Part shown: piece after piece, positions 39,480 to 54,200 of the stretch
Numbering within the stretch: position 1 is the stretch's first letter
How the letters are laid out: the number at the start of each line of letters is the position of its first letter
Assembly (NCBI GenBank): GCA_036172245.1
Contig: JAYWIR010000026.1
Coordinates: 1,674,001 to 1,738,000 of the forward strand
Direction: 5' to 3'
Origin: Raillietiella orientalis
Taxonomy: Eukaryota
DNA length: 64,000 bases
The notes under the pieces: generated by a model
Seen by the model: only the letters and a program-made list of their open reading frames with translations
Told to the model about the DNA's origin: nothing
Database searches by the model: none
Made by a program: the position numbers and the translations under genes

Positions 39480-40330
39480 GTGAAGGGTGCATCTACGTAA
39501 AGTAGCCTTCCAATGTTTATATGCCAACAGTGTTCGTGGAACACCCTAGTAAGTACCCTCCCAATTGTAGACCCTGGTTTGAAGCTGAGAAGTCATTTGC
39601 AGTTCTCACTTTACGCGACTGACAACGGAAACGTACTTGACGTACCATTTGCAGAACTTTATTGTGACCGGAGTCAATGTGTGGTCAGCAGTCTTCTTTC
39701 AAATTGTAACAGTTCAAAGACTTCCTTCAGGGTGTAAGGAAACGTGTTCTAAAATGAGTTGACTTTTCGCCACGGTTTCAGCAAAATTCATGATGCTGTT
39801 TGTGTAAGCCCTGATCTAATGGGATACGCAAGGACTGAATTCCGGGAAAAAAAACTGAACGAAAACACATGGATGTTTTCAACTCATTTCAGATGTAATA
39901 AGAGTTACAACTACAATCGCGGAACACGTTCCAGGCGCTTTTGCATTCATGTGCATGCAGCATGCAAGTGTAATCAATTTAATAATATACGAGAAGATCT
40001 TGTTAAAAGAAAGATGGTTTTATTCATTCATTTTCTGTTTCTGGACATTTAACGAGACGACCCCAAAGATTGTTGTTTGCCAAGCCTCCCCATCTCGAAA
40101 GTTCCAAAAAGAAATCCAATAAGACCACAACGTTGGTGTCCCAATTTGGTGTACAGAAGAAGTGAAGTTCGTGTTCAAATTCCAAGCGTCGAATCATTCA
40201 AGGAAACCGCGTTACTCCATGACCTTCTACTGCTTAGATTTACAGTTTTGCACGTTTCGGGGAGGGCTCTTGACAGTCTTCCGGGACTCCTCATCTGCCA
40301 TATGCTTCATCAGGTTAAGTGAGCAATTAC
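39480..40330 (+). mobile_element. CR1/L2-like LINE RT relic
   Basis: Ordered remnants DRSQCVVSSLL, VDFS/FRHGFSKIH (DFSKAFD..H), HVPGA (VPQGS), DDPK (ADDTK) and QKEIQ*D...WC (LQ.D...W). Confidence 0.45.
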
Positions 40331-42547
40331 GAAGAAAATCGGTTTCTGACAACTCAAATAGCCATTCACAGTTTCTGTACGTTCCGTGTCTGGAAAATTT
40401 TCAGTTCATGTTTACTTAGCTTTCCAGAGTTTCATGGATGTGAAAGGTTTTGACTTTTTTGAAATATTTTCTGAAGCGTCTAAGCTGCAGATCATATTCA
40501 CACCACGAGTCTAGCAGTATACAAAAATTCCACTGCTTTCAAGTTGAATATTGAGTGAATTAGAAGTCTGTCCACATGTCTTCACATAAATTCAGCCATA
40601 TTCACATATGAGCTTACATGTATGTGTTTCTGCTTGTTGTGTGTCTTCAACTCAATTTTTCCAAAATTTTCAGATTGTCGTGAAATTTGTAACCCAATCA
40701 GGCTTCGCATATTACGTTATGCAAGAATTCTTTCTTCTACATTCTGTTTTTTCTGAAAGTATTGCATTTTTAAAATTCAAGGTCACACTGGCATTTTCAT
40801 GGCGCTTTTTTGCTTCAGTTCTTCGTATCTATTACATGGGCAATAAAAATTTCATAGATCTTTTTGGAAATCACAAGAACACCTTTCGTAAACACTTTCA
40901 AGCCATCCATCTCATACGGAAAAGAAGTTTTAAACAAGTTCCATTTAGTTTGGTTTTATAATGATCGTTTGAGATTCCAAAACTTCTGAGTACAAATTTT
41001 CTCGACGGACAAGTGTCACATAACTGTATGTGTTCATCTTGTATAATTCACACTTGAGATTTTTGAGCAGCTAGTAGAAATTTTAAGAATGAAAGTCAAT
41101 GCACAGGGTTAGGAACTAGAAAGTCAAATTAATGTCAATAAATTACTATTAGTTTTAAATCACAAATAGAAATCAGCTTCCAGCTGCAAAGTGAACGAAA
41201 GTAAACAAATAAAATAATTAGTATAAGATTTTTAAAGATTCAAAGAACACTCTATGCTCTAATAATATGGGTGCAAGTGAAAGCTAAGAAATCCTTTTCA
41301 GGAATTCAAGAATATGAAACATAAGAAACATAAGAATATGAAGAACGAACCCGGGAAACAATTACAATATAAATCTAAGCATGGAACAAATTTCAATGAT
41401 TCAAGGGAAATTCCCCTAAATCCTAAAAAATTATGGTATATGAATGGTCGAGGGTAACTGAAAGTATTTTCAGTTAGTGGCTAGGGAAGTATCATCTCAA
41501 TGCCATGAAGAAATGTCGGTCTTGAACAGAGAACAGAAAATTAATGGAACGTTTCATTAAGCAAATAAAAAGAATCATGTTTTGAAAACACTGTAAGAAT
41601 GATGATCACAAAAGCGGCACATGAAAAATGTATTCTCATTTTCGTATCAGAGAAACTTTTTCCATTGACAAAGATAAATATGGCCTTCTTCTTGAAATGC
41701 CGAAAACCTCATCTATGCAATTTAAAATAAATGGAATAGAGTGTTCCTGGTTCTAATTTTTGACGCAATGAAATTTTCGAAGTATCTGTTTTTGCTACTT
41801 ACTGAAGCTGATTTATCATTTGGATCATTATAAACTTCAAAGACAAATGTGAAAAAAACATTAAAATATAGGTTTTCGAACTGATTTTGTGTCAATCAGG
41901 GTAAAAAAGGAGGACAGTAAAGAGCGGCAATAACAAAAACGATGATCTCTGGAAACTTTTCAGAGTGATCCAGATATTTATGACATATTTATAATACTAC
42001 AAGGAGTAGTCAAGGATGTATGACTCGAATCGATTGCCACGTTTAGAATTTGGAATTCGTAAAATAGGAAACGCTTCAAAATTATATCAGTTCTAAGAAC
42101 ATTAGTAATCTCTATGCTCATATTTGTAAGCTGTTACAAGTTTAGCATAATTTTTGACGTTTTTAGATTTCTTTGTGCATACTAATTCCCATCGTTACGA
42201 AGCATTTCTTCATTTCTTTTCTCCATGACTGCAAACAAATATAGGAAAAGATGCGAAGTAAGCTTTCTTTAAGTATCTATGAAAAATATAAGAAATTATT
42301 TGACACATTTTTTCATATGAATCATTTTTTAAGTATAGAGTGTGATAGTGTAATTTGAATGCTAGGCAAATACAATGCATTAGGTAAATTGTTTGGAAAA
42401 CAGTATATGCATTGTATCAAAAAAAGTTGGCAATCCTTTACACACATTTCGGAGCAAGAATCATGTTAATGTGATTGAGAATGTTTTTCTGTGGAATTTG
42501 TAATCTTGCTTCTCTTTTTATGCAATCATTTTATTTAGAAGCTTCAT

Positions 42548-45500
42548 ATGGCAAATAGAAAGCTGAAACGAGTTCCGGAAAGGTATGCAAAGTTTGTATT
42601 TTGCTATGCACGTAAGTTGTGCCCTTACATGTACTGAAAGCACAACATTTGCACTCCTGATGTATTGAGTTTCAGGCATTGTTTAATGTGTATTTACTTC
42701 ACATTCTGGAGGGGGACTTGTGACACAAATAATGAAGACTAGTATTTTGGTGTTTCATGTGCTGCTCTCAAGTATGGCTTATTGGGATAACCTTTGTTGA
42801 ATTTTAAAGCTGTTATGTGTATGTTTATCTTTTGTCAGTTTCCTTTTTGACAGTTTATGCATTGTGGCCACTTCTTAGGTATGATTTTTAGGTTTTATTT
42901 GTTGCTAGCGTTTTTTTTACAAGATTACAATCCACGAGAACTCGCAGGAAGTTGTTCGTGCATAGGACTTTCACCCACATTCTACAGTAAAACATTTAAA
43001 TATTGTTGCAGGATAATAAGATTAAGGTTCCCTAAATTTTTTTGTTTTGTTTTGTTTTGTTTTTTACAATCGTTCAGTCTACTTGTATGCATTTTGATTG
43101 TTAGTTTTGTCTACTCTGTGTGGTATTATGGTATTTATTTTGGATTTGGTATTGTGCTCTATGTTGTTGATTGTTGCGATTTTTGAAGAACTAACGCCCT
43201 TTTTCAGTTTACAACATTGATAGTTGCATTATCGAACAGATGCTTTTGATTTTTAGCTGCTAAATTTCTTTTTTTTTACCTGGAAAAGAAGGTATGAATT
43301 TGATAAAACATTTGGTAAAATTTCTGTAACACTTCTTTGAACAATCTAGTTTTTTCTTTCAGTTAATAAGGCTATTTTCATTCAGTATATTGCATGGATT
43401 AGTGCTATGTTTCCTTTTGTTTATGTTTGCTTTAGTGGTGTCTACTTTTGGAAAGAAGTTGTGTTATAATGATCCAAGATATTGGTCATTGCTAATGACT
43501 GAATTTTTTTGTATACACATGCTGATCATTCAGATGTTCAGACATTTTGAAATCGGTTCATGAGAATTCAGGTGAATTTGAATTTCTGATTTCTAAGAGA
43601 ACAGGATGCAGAATTTCGTTAATGAAATGGTTTTATTCAAAATACCTGGTAGTACTTTCTGTTTTGTATGGCAATCACTTCATGTTTCAAGTTCTCAAAA
43701 TACTTGACATAACATCCCTGAATTGGCCTGAATTTTCTGGAATGCCCCAGCATTTCCTCAAGAAGCATGTTTTTTTTGGAAGCTTCCCTCTTGTGCCCAT
43801 GACTAAGATTTCTCCAGCATAAGAAGCTTGTTAGTTGTCTTAAGAGTTTAAGGTCTCAATCATGCATGTGACAGCAGTAGTAACCAAGATGTATTTGAAT
43901 GCAGTTTTCTAATGGACGGACTTTTTCTGCTGCCTTGCTGAAGACTTGTTGGGAGGTTTTGTGCCAGAGTTTGTTGCAGTGTTCATCACAAGGTTTGCAG
44001 CATTGTTCGTCAATTTTAATGTGCCCACATCGAAAGTTTACTTACTCTATCTTATTGCACTTGGTCTTTTCTGTGTATACAAGTTAATCCACGATATTAG
44101 AATTTGTGTTTTACATTCGAAAACCACTAATCTTTGGGTGTTTTTCCGGTGTTCAATTTTCAGATACATGTTGTATTTTGGTTCCTTGAGTTCGATGTTG
44201 CCAGCAGTGTGCAACTATTAGTATTTTGACTTGGTTGTATGCCTGTCATCACTTCCTTGCAATCTTAGTTGCTGGATTCTATTAGGGAGGTAAACTTCTC
44301 AGTTAAATATCACATCGTTTCCAAGTGAAGTGGGAGTAAGGTTCAAAAGCATGCAGTTGTTCACCACGTCAGAAAAGGATTTCATCGTTGGAGTTGTTTC
44401 TGTAGTTTGCTGGTGGAAGTTTTAAAAAAAAATGTGTGTCCATCATGGGTGCTTTTCTGTAATGATATCAAGTCTGTGCACCTCATTGCAGCCGTTCCCA
44501 TTTGGGAATCCCAGTTTTAATGTGGAATTATTAAGTTGATGAAAGTCTTTGAAGTATATTGAGGCGAACACCTCTGCACTTTGTCCATACCCATAGGATT
44601 TTCAAGTTTCCTAAATTTGGTGTCAAGATGCAAGTACCGTCGTGATTCTTCTGAAAGTCTTTTGCCTGCGTTTCTCTCTGCGTTTCCATCTCCTGTTGGA
44701 TTTATTTTATTTTATGTAGGTAAATTTACTGTCACTAGGATCCATGTTTTGAATAAAGTGCTCAGTGAAGTCCACAGCCCGTATACGAATTCTCGTTTGA
44801 ATGTCTTAGTAGAATAATCGTCACAGTTCGTTATTCCCACTCTATCTTGTCCAGTTTTACGCACCTACCCGGTATCTGTTGCACGTCTTCATGAACCAAG
44901 AGTTTGTTCGATTGCCCTTTTCATTTCAAGTTGGGTGAATGTGGATGAATTCGAGCCGGAACTCAGTCTTGCACTCGCTCAGCAGGCGGTTCTGGTTTTG
45001 TTTTGTTTTGTTTTTTCTGTTGATGGGAGCGATGTTGCCGGCATTCGTGTCCATTTTTACACAATTTGTAACACGGTCGACCTTCCTTTTTTGCCTTTTC
45101 TTGAGGTGTCCCTCAGTGAAAATAGTGTTGGGTGCAGTCTTCTCGTTAGAACAGAATGAAAAGGAAAGCTCGAGGAAAGGAGCAGGTAGAGTAGTGCAGA
45201 AGAAGAATACGTATGCCAGATTGGAACTCGAGTAGTGCTTCATTTCTGGGTTTCCTGCCGAGCCTTCCTGGGATTTCCTTCTTCATTCTTTCTGGTCGTT
45301 CCGGGAAATGAGTGAATCCTTGAAACAGGATATTCCGGCTTCTGCCTTGTCCGGTGGCACAGGCACACAGAGCAGGAGGAAAAGTCCTCATGATCTTGGT
45401 GGAGCAAGCTTAAAGGCACGCTTTATAAGCCTGTTGCTATTTGATGGCAAAGTGGGAGGAGAGTTCATACAGAGTGCGAATGCATCTGCCATCCGGGAGA

Positions 45501-48003
45501 GGGGAGATATTTGGATACGATATTCGTGAGTATGCGTTCTTGATTTTGCCATGTTGTGTTCCTTGGTAATTAGGAAAGGAATTCGAAAACAGAAAATGTG
45601 CCGAGGGTCATGAAAATGAGTATATGTTGGGGCTTAGTATTTTTCGTTCTCGGTGGCGCGAATAACTGACTTTTTGTTTATTTTTAAAACTCCTGTGGTG
45701 TTTTTCGCACAGCATTGAAAACTCTGACACGCTGGATTGTTCTCTTTTAGATGGATGGATTACAGCAAAGTTGGGAGCATCGTTGTTTCTTCCCGTTTCA
45801 TTCCTTTCAAAGTACCTTTGAAAGAAGTAAGATTTTATTTTATATTTATGTATGTAATGTTTATTGCGAGCTGTGTTAGTAGTAGCAGTCGTTTTAAATA
45901 GCATGAGGAAGAGTGTCTTAAGACCTTTATGCTTGTTTGAAAAATGGGCCGATGCCACGCAAGAAGTCCATTACATACGTCACGCATTGTGGGTTTCGTC
46001 ACCGAGCGGCTTGCTCCTTGGCTCGAAGCCTAAATTAAGGGACACTGACAAGAATTAAGGACCAATTCTTTTGCACACGTGTTTTCCAATCAGTGATTAA
46101 GGGAATTTTCCCCTAATTCAATGTGAACACCCTAAAAACATTCCCCACATGAAAAGGAGACAAATTCGATTAGTACGTTCGGCTGGCTGCTTTTACTGAA
46201 CGCTTGTGCTCCTCAATGGAGACACCCTTGTCCGGGGTCGTAGAACACATCTGACCGAATCCAAGCATTCAGCAAGGTGCATCTAATCACTCGAACACTT
46301 TATGAGCTCGGAACTGATTCGAAAAGCGTGTTCGTAACAGATCTTTCGTGGTCGCGCCGTAGATTCCCCGGCAGAAACCCCGAAACCGTTTTGGTTTCTC
46401 CAAAGACCAGTTGTGCAGTGCTGCCCACTGGGTATTCTTTTCGCGTGCTGTGGTGTTGCGCGTGCTTGCGGTTTGGTGTGCACCTTTGTCGCGTCCAAAT
46501 GTGTATCGGTGTGCATTTTCACCAGCGAATTCGCAAAGGTTCTGCAAACGCGCCCTTCTTGTATCATCCCGGGGAGGAGCGAACAATCCCGTAAGTGGAT
46601 TGCGTGCCGCTCGTGCAGATCTGGGTAGATGGTTGCGGTTGTTGGCAGTCGACGTTGCGATGGCCCCAACGTCTTTTTGTCTTGGGGTGAAGCAGTTTCA
46701 TTCAGTTCGTGTCTTCTCGCGACCGTCTTTCATCATCCAGATAGCATGGGAAGCATCGTAAGTGTGCTAGTCGGTCATCCATTTGGTTGACTTGTACCTT
46801 CGTGGCTTCCCGTGTGTTAAAAGAACGCAGCTTTTCCGTCGGTCTGTCGAAGTGGCGGTGGGATGCACTTTCGATGCTTCAGCAAAGCGCTGTGGTGATT
46901 GTCAGCACGGGTTGTCTGTGTGGGAAGCGTGCTGGAGCCTTATGCTTTTGGGGTTCGCGGGCTGTCATCCGCTCTCTGGTTTTCCAGAAGGGTCCTGTCG
47001 CACCGACAAAGCGTCACAGATACGTACGTATGCCGGCACTTGGTGGATTGGTTGCAGGTCTGTCAGCGCATCCGACGGACGGACTCTGCTCCCTACGTGA
47101 AAGCGACTTTGGACTAGCTCAGTGTGTCTGTTACCTGCCAGCCAGCCGATTATTTTTACACTCCGCTCTTAGGGAACGCGGACTTCATAATAGGGCATAG
47201 CCAGTTTCGGCGGGAAACAGGAAGTTGAGAGTGGCGAGTTACGCAGCTAGGCAAAACGGGCCCCAGCATAGTGCTTTTTTTTTTTTTTTTTTTTTTTTTT
47301 CCCGCACGAAATGCCCATTCCGTGGCGTTCATTTGGTTTTAACTTTCATTGACGGGGACGTCCGTTCTTGTTGCGCCCCTCGCTGCACCTTCAGGAGCAG
47401 CAGCGACGAGCACATGGGACCGATTTCATCTGCTCTGCCTGTCTTGAATCGAGCGAGGATTTCTGTGCCGTTCCCGAATCATCGTGAAACGAAAGTCACG
47501 AGGCAATGATCGAGGCGTGCCACCACAGGGTAACTACATCTGTCGGCACGCTTCTTAGTCTTTTGGATGTTTGGCGGGGAGATGCAAGTGGTCATGCGCG
47601 AGCGTCGCCCGCAACACTGACGAGGTGTTGATTTCGTTCGCTCGCAGATCCACTCGGGCACCCGTGCCAGTGAGGATCCACCGACAGAAGCACAGTTGGT
47701 TTCGGCATCCTCAGTAAGAAACTCTTCCTCCATGTCATGACCTGAGCTGTTGACCCGAGCCCTGGATGGCAAATCATGCGTTGCCATGAAAAACGGTGCG
47801 TGCAGAGACACCCTCTCTTCCTGTGCCACCTTGCTTACACGCGGGATGGTGGACACCAAACGTCTGGCCAGAAGATGAATTGTCACTCCCTGCATGGAAC
47901 CTATGACATGCAGGCTGCGGTTCTGCACACAGCGTTCTCCGTAGAATCCGTGCGCACACATTCTTCAATCCAAAGAGTCGTCGTCGCATTTCAGGCCAGA
48001 ATA

Positions 48004-48040
<37 letters not shown>

Positions 48041-51000
48041 AAAAAAGAAGAAGAAGAAGAAAAACCTTCGTAGTGATCGTAGGTAGCCGTGGGTACTGAA
48101 CGTGCTCAAAGCCTCGCGCAAGGTATCAAATTGGAAACGCGGCTTCTTCACACCTCTCCCAAATACCTCCAGGTTGGACTCCCCTCCTCCTTCTTCTCCT
48201 CCCCGGGAGCGTTGGTCTCCTTGTCGAGAGTGCGTGTGCGCTATGGTCTCGTACCTCCGCCACCGCTCTCGTCGACAAGCCCGCTGCTGACCGTCGGAGC
48301 GAGCCGTGCTGCGTCGTTCTCTCTCGTTCTTGCAATCAGCATTAGGTGGCACGCGTTTGCAGAGAGAGCTCCCACCTGCCGGATCGCCCATCCGTTCTTC
48401 GGAGGGCGCGGGCAATCCGTGCTCCCCGGTTCCGAGTGTACAAACTGCGGCTTCCCTCCAGCTGTGTGGTGGTCTGTTTGCGATCCATTCCGGGTTTTAA
48501 ATAAAATTTCATCCCGCGAGCCGCATGCGGTTCGAATGCTTTTGACGGTCAGTGCGAATTCCCGGTCGCTTTCCGCGGAGCTCGGAAAAAGGAAGAACGG
48601 TAAAATGGAAACCGAGCTCTGGAATCGTTCCAAGACTGCGGAGGTGCGCAAACAAAAGTGCTGCGCGCGCACTCTTAAAAGGCAGCCACAGCCTTCAGTC
48701 AATCTCGCGCATACGCGCTTCGAGATTAACTGCTCGGGATGAAACAAACAAACCTCCGAGGTCTCCGCATGCGATCTGTCGTAAAGATTTCTTCTTGCTC
48801 CACGAGAGCTCGAAGCCTTCAGAATGCGTGCGTCAATTTTCGACGCCGTACAAAGAGTTCCTCGAGCGAGCCAACTCGGGAATTCCCGAAGAAAAGGAGA
48901 ACTAATAGAGGGTGTCAAAGTGCTTAATGGCGCAGTCGTAGGAATTGCGGCGCTTTGAAAGCATCGCTCATTCGCGCGCTTTCCCGGCGACAGGAGCCGA
49001 AGGTTTAATTAGCAAACGCTGGGATTTCGTCTCCATGGTGGTTCCGTTAACGCGCCATCCGAATCGTTTCGAAAGAATAATAAGGTGCGGGGCGAAGCTG
49101 CTCTTGTCGTTCCGTAACAGGGTGACCTGGGAAAGGAGCTTCGGCGAGGAGCAGGGAAAAGAGTTAGGACCGCCAGCCCCCGCGCGCGCGCTTTCCCAAC
49201 GTATTCGACCGTGGGGGGACTTTCTCTTCTTGCCTGCGAAATGTTTCCGAAAGCCCTCTCGAAGCGTCCCTCACGACACCGTCGGCCGGGAAAGATTCTG
49301 CCCGCGCTTGCATCCGGGAGGAACCGCGGCCAGGGGAGAAGCCAGAGCCAGAGGTCGTTCCCGTGAGAGAGCTCGCTCCACGCGAAAATCCGGAAACTGC
49401 GTTGTGGTAGCAGCGGCAGCGGGCAACGAAGGGTCCCGGTACACCGAGGTGTTGTTGTGCGCTTTTCGTTTGCGGAACACCAGGGAGCTGCAGAGTCGAG
49501 TGGTTGCCGAACGATAAGGGAAATTTTTGTTTGCTGCAAACTCTGTGCGAACGTTTCTTTGCGTGAGCTGCGTTGTTGCATTCAAGCCGGTGCTCGCTGA
49601 TCGTCATGGCTGCGGTGTAGAGAGAGAGAGAGAGAGGGGGGGGGGGAGGGGAAGGGGAGAGGAGAAACGTGCATCGCAGACGACTATCACGGCTTCTGAG
49701 GAGTCTTTTTGAGACTCTCCGCTCGCCTCGAATTCCGCTGTCAAATGTTGCAATTGCCGACGCCTTTCCCGATAGGACGACGGGACCCCTCGACGTCGCG
49801 CAGGGACTGAATTCTCGTTCCGACGAGATCCGCGGATCCTGGAGGACCCGGAGCTTTGCTTTCTTCCCTCTCCCGGGCAGAGAGGCGCCGTCGGGAAGCC
49901 GACAGGCAGCCGACCGAGGGAGTTCTCGTGGCGTTTTCGGGAGGCGGCGCGCGCGCGCGCGCTCCGGGAATCCTTGCGGATCACCAGATCGGTGCAGCTT
50001 CCGAGTGCCTCCCCCCCGCCTCCCCTGTCGCACTCTCTTTTCTCAGGGCCACTTCAGGAAGCGTGGAATTCATCTCGCTGTTTTTAATTGCTCGAGACGG
50101 TGGCGGAATCCGTTTTGCAACTCTGTTCCGGAGGGAACCCGTAATCGTGAGTTTTCCGTTCCTGGCCGAAAACAAGCTCTCGAGGTACGCGCGCGGCAGC
50201 GTCGCTGTTTTATTGGCGATAAAGTTTCGGCAATGGCCCTTTCTGTTCCTGCTGGACGAGTCGTCGGGAGCGTTTTCTTCTGCATTGTTTACGACGAATC
50301 CCTCGCCCGGATGGGGGATCCGCACGCACTTTCCAGCAGGTCGCGGACGGACCCGGGGGGGGGGGGAAGGGAGGAAGAGTGGCGGCGGAGACGTCTTCCG
50401 TGCGCGCGCGAGGCTGCCTGCTAATTGCAGCAGCTGAGCCAAGTTGGGCGAGAGGTGTGTGTATGTGTGTGTGTGTGGGGGGGGGGGATGGGGGGAAGGG
50501 GGGGGGGCAAGAAACCAGCGGTTCCGAGCGCGAACTCTCGAGAGCGAATCGTAAATTAATCCGTTATGATCGGGGAATGACTGTGATACAGCCGAGCGAG
50601 CGAGGTTTCTCGTTTCCTGCCTCGCAGGAACGTCGGATGCCTGCGTGGCTGATACACTTGTCACACGGTACGCGCGCACGCACGGAGATAATTGAGGAAC
50701 GCGCCTCCGTGTTGAGGGGAACAAATCACCACCGGTGCCTGCTTGCGATTCCTCGCAGGAGTGCAGAGGGGAACACGCCTAGTGGTGAGCGGGTGGGCAG
50801 ACGCAGGGAGGGGAGGACGGTCCAGGCGCGGAACGCCGCCGTCTCCCGGGAGGGACGCTTGGTCGCCCGTTCACCCCGTCGCAGCCTCGGCACGGACGTC
50901 ACGAGTCGGGACTCCTTGGAGGAGCGACGGGTCTCGCGGCAGCGGGGAAGTGGTTCGGCAGAGAAGCTTGCTCTCTTCCTGGATTCCCTGGCGACCGGCG

Positions 51001-51171
51001 CGGTCGGTTTGCGGGCACCCGGATTCAGTGTTTCGGTTGCCGTGGTTTTCTTTTTCTTCTTCTTCTCTCCTTCTTGTCCTCTTTCTTTTCCTGTTTGTTG
51101 TTGTTATTCTTGCTGGAAGGGACGGTTCCATATTGTATCGTGCCTTTGCCCATAACATGGAGAGTGCGCGC

Positions 51172-51236
<65 letters not shown>

Positions 51237-54200
51237 GGGAGGGGAGGGGGTCCACTGCCACGTGGGACAGTTCGGACCGAACGCGGGAAAGCGAACACGC
51301 AGGCACGACGGAATCGCAGAACCGAGGGACTCGCACTTGTACTAGCATGAAGAATAACTTGGTCTCATTTGCTTCGCAAGGCAGCCTCGGGATGAGCCGT
51401 GAGTGGCTCCGTAAACGCGAAAATGGCCGACTTCTGGGAGAGCGCCGTGTCTTCGTGATAGTCACGAAAATATGGCGCGGACAATTAACTTGTCGTTCAT
51501 AAATCCTTGCACGAAAAACAAAAGCAAATGTTTCCGATCACCGGTGACAGTGTTGAAATTCGGAACGAGATTTACGATCGAGCCAAGTGTTTGCGATCCG
51601 TTCGGCACCGGGCATCATCTCTGCAGGCGCGTCGGACCGTCATCTTCAGAAGAAGAACTGCAAGGGGGATACCCTGGAGGAATGCAAGTTCCCATCGGGG
51701 AGCTCTTGATCGCTCCAGCGTGATCAGCGGGAACTGCCCAGGGAACCGTAAGCGGGCCCCCGGTATGCGTGTGCGCGCACGCCCTCGCACGAGGCAGGTG
51801 GACGCAGGCGGCTTCTCCAAGAAGTGTGCGCCGGCCTTCAGCCCTGTGCGCCGTTCCGCCCGCTGCCGCCGGAGCGAGGAGCACGGCCTGTTGCCGCCTC
51901 GTGCCCGTCCGTCGTTGCGTGCCGTTCCTGCAGGAGGCGCCAGCTTCTCCTAGGAGTGGCACGTCGAACAACAACACGCTGGCCTCAGGTGCGCTCGGCT
52001 CGGCTCCCCACTTTCACTCCGTGCACACGAGACTCCCAGCTCCAATTACCGAAAAAGGAAGGAAGTTCCCGACAGTGGCTGGAAACAGAGAGGTTGCGAA
52101 GAGACTTGGGTTCGCCCCTTTAGGCATTCAAAAATCCTTGTCCTTTCCCTTTAATCTCTCACTTCGCCCCTCTCCTGTCGAGACACGGCTAGTTAGCCTG
52201 GATTCAAAGTGGATAAACGCTCGGTCGTGGCAGCGTCTGCAGTGATCTGCCCGCAGCCACAACCAAGAAAGTACCAGGAGAAAAGTGATCCCCGAATCGA
52301 CCGAAGCTCGGAGACCCGCAGGGCTTTCCGAAAAAGTTCCCAACTCAGACTCATGAAGGAGGCGTCTCGAGTGCGCCGCTTCGGGCGGCAAGGTGCTTCG
52401 GGAGCAGAAAATGCGGTTTGGACCCGGGTCATTTAGTAATTCTTTGTTGTTGAAATCGGACGGACCTTCTGGTGCTTTTGCCGGATGGGTCTGGAAAAAA
52501 TGCAGACAAGGGCGTTACTCCGGATGAGCATCGACGAAGGTGATGAAGATGGATGGTTTCTATCTCCAGATGACCCAGAGCTTTTCCCAGTTGCAGTCGC
52601 AAACGAGAATCAGTGAATGATTGCGTGCCCACGGTAACAGGAAGGAGGTTCGTCGGTGACAGGGACGTCACGGTAGCCGAGAAACGAGGAAGCAGTCGGA
52701 GGCAGCCTCTGCGATCCCGCAGTATGAAAGTGCCCGTCCTGGTAGAGGAGTGAATTCCCCAGTGCCTTGCTGGCGGTGCGTCCCCTGGGCAAGACCCTTT
52801 CAGAGAAGAAAGAACCTCATGTTCTAGCGCCACAGTCCCACCGCAAGCGAAGAGCGAGATGACTTGCGTGAACACAGGGCCGGCCGGCCGGCCGGCCTTA
52901 AACTGATGCAGCGTAGCAACCACAGGGACACCCGTCTATCTTCCGCCCTGATGGAAATGTGGTCTTCTAGGTCGCACCCTTTACCGCGTCTACGGTTCCG
53001 CTGTCTTCCCGATTCCGTGGAATTCCCCCGAGCATTCTCTGTGCCGAGTCTTGTGCACCCAGTGAACTCGTTTGTCCACGTTACGGAACTTGCGAGTCAC
53101 TACTCGTCTTCGCCGTCCCATCGTCGCGGTTGCATTCAGGTTTAACGACGTCTTTATTTCTCGCGAGCACAGAAATTCGCCCGCACGGCGTGCCTTTGCT
53201 GCTGCTGCTGCTGCTGTCAGAGTCTGCGAGAGTCTCCGATGCTCTTCTCATCCTGCTGCTGTTTGCGTTTCGGTCCGTCTGGCTTGGCGTGCCTCGATTT
53301 TTGCTCTTCTTTCCCAGAAGTGCCGCGAAAACGAGGAGAAAAGAGCAAGCTCGGATTCCAATCTCCGGGACGAAGTTATTTTTGTCTTTTTACCGAAGAC
53401 GAGGAAGCCAGGGCCCGGATGGCCAGGAGCCGCCCTCGAGCGGGTCCCGTCGTAGGGTTCGAAAGTGGGATGTCCGGCGGCCGGCTTCTTGCGTTTTCTC
53501 CCGATAAGAGGCACGTGGGAAGGAAGCTTTCCCCTTTCAGTGGTCGGTCGTCCCCTCGGCGAGATCCTCCCGCTCTCCCGCCGCGGTTTCGGGATACGTA
53601 TGCACCCGGCGAGTTCGAAACTCGCGAGCTTACGGGGGTCCTTTGCGTTTGTTTTGCAGACGCAGCATCAGGTTCGGATTTCCTGATTCGCTGGTGGTGT
53701 CCACAAACAGCGGTCTCCATCTCCTATTTGCGTTGTCGGTGCGTGCGGCTGCGGTCTTCGGAACGGATGAAGTCCGATGCGAGCTTTCCCCCCCCCCCTC
53801 CTTCCTCCTCCTCCTCCTCATCCTCCAACACGGGTCAATATCGCGCACAGCAGTGTTGGCGTGTGTTGTCGTCCTGCACGCTGTCCCCGTTCTTTCGGAG
53901 CGAGATGCCTAGACGACGACTCCCGTTGCCGGGCGTGCAGCGTGTGTGAACTCCGAAGTTGCTCCCTTTCGCTGACTGGGCGCAACAAGTTCCAGACCAG
54001 TTGGTACCGTGGGAGGGTTCTTTTTCCCTCCGTACCGTCGAGGAGTCTCGTGGCAAGGACAAACGCACCTATCCCTCCCGCGCGTGTCTTCGTCTGCCCG
54101 TTTCTGGTGAGTTTGGTAGCAGAAGTGTTCACTCCCAGACGTCGAAGGAAGCCATATGGTGCGTCTTGGCATTCCGTGCGTTTCTTCGCGTCCTGCAGCC

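Noticed and set aside
51590..51650. Hammerhead-like CTGAAGATG on the minus strand after a Penelope-like relic
   Set aside because: No properly placed GAAA box or convincing stems.
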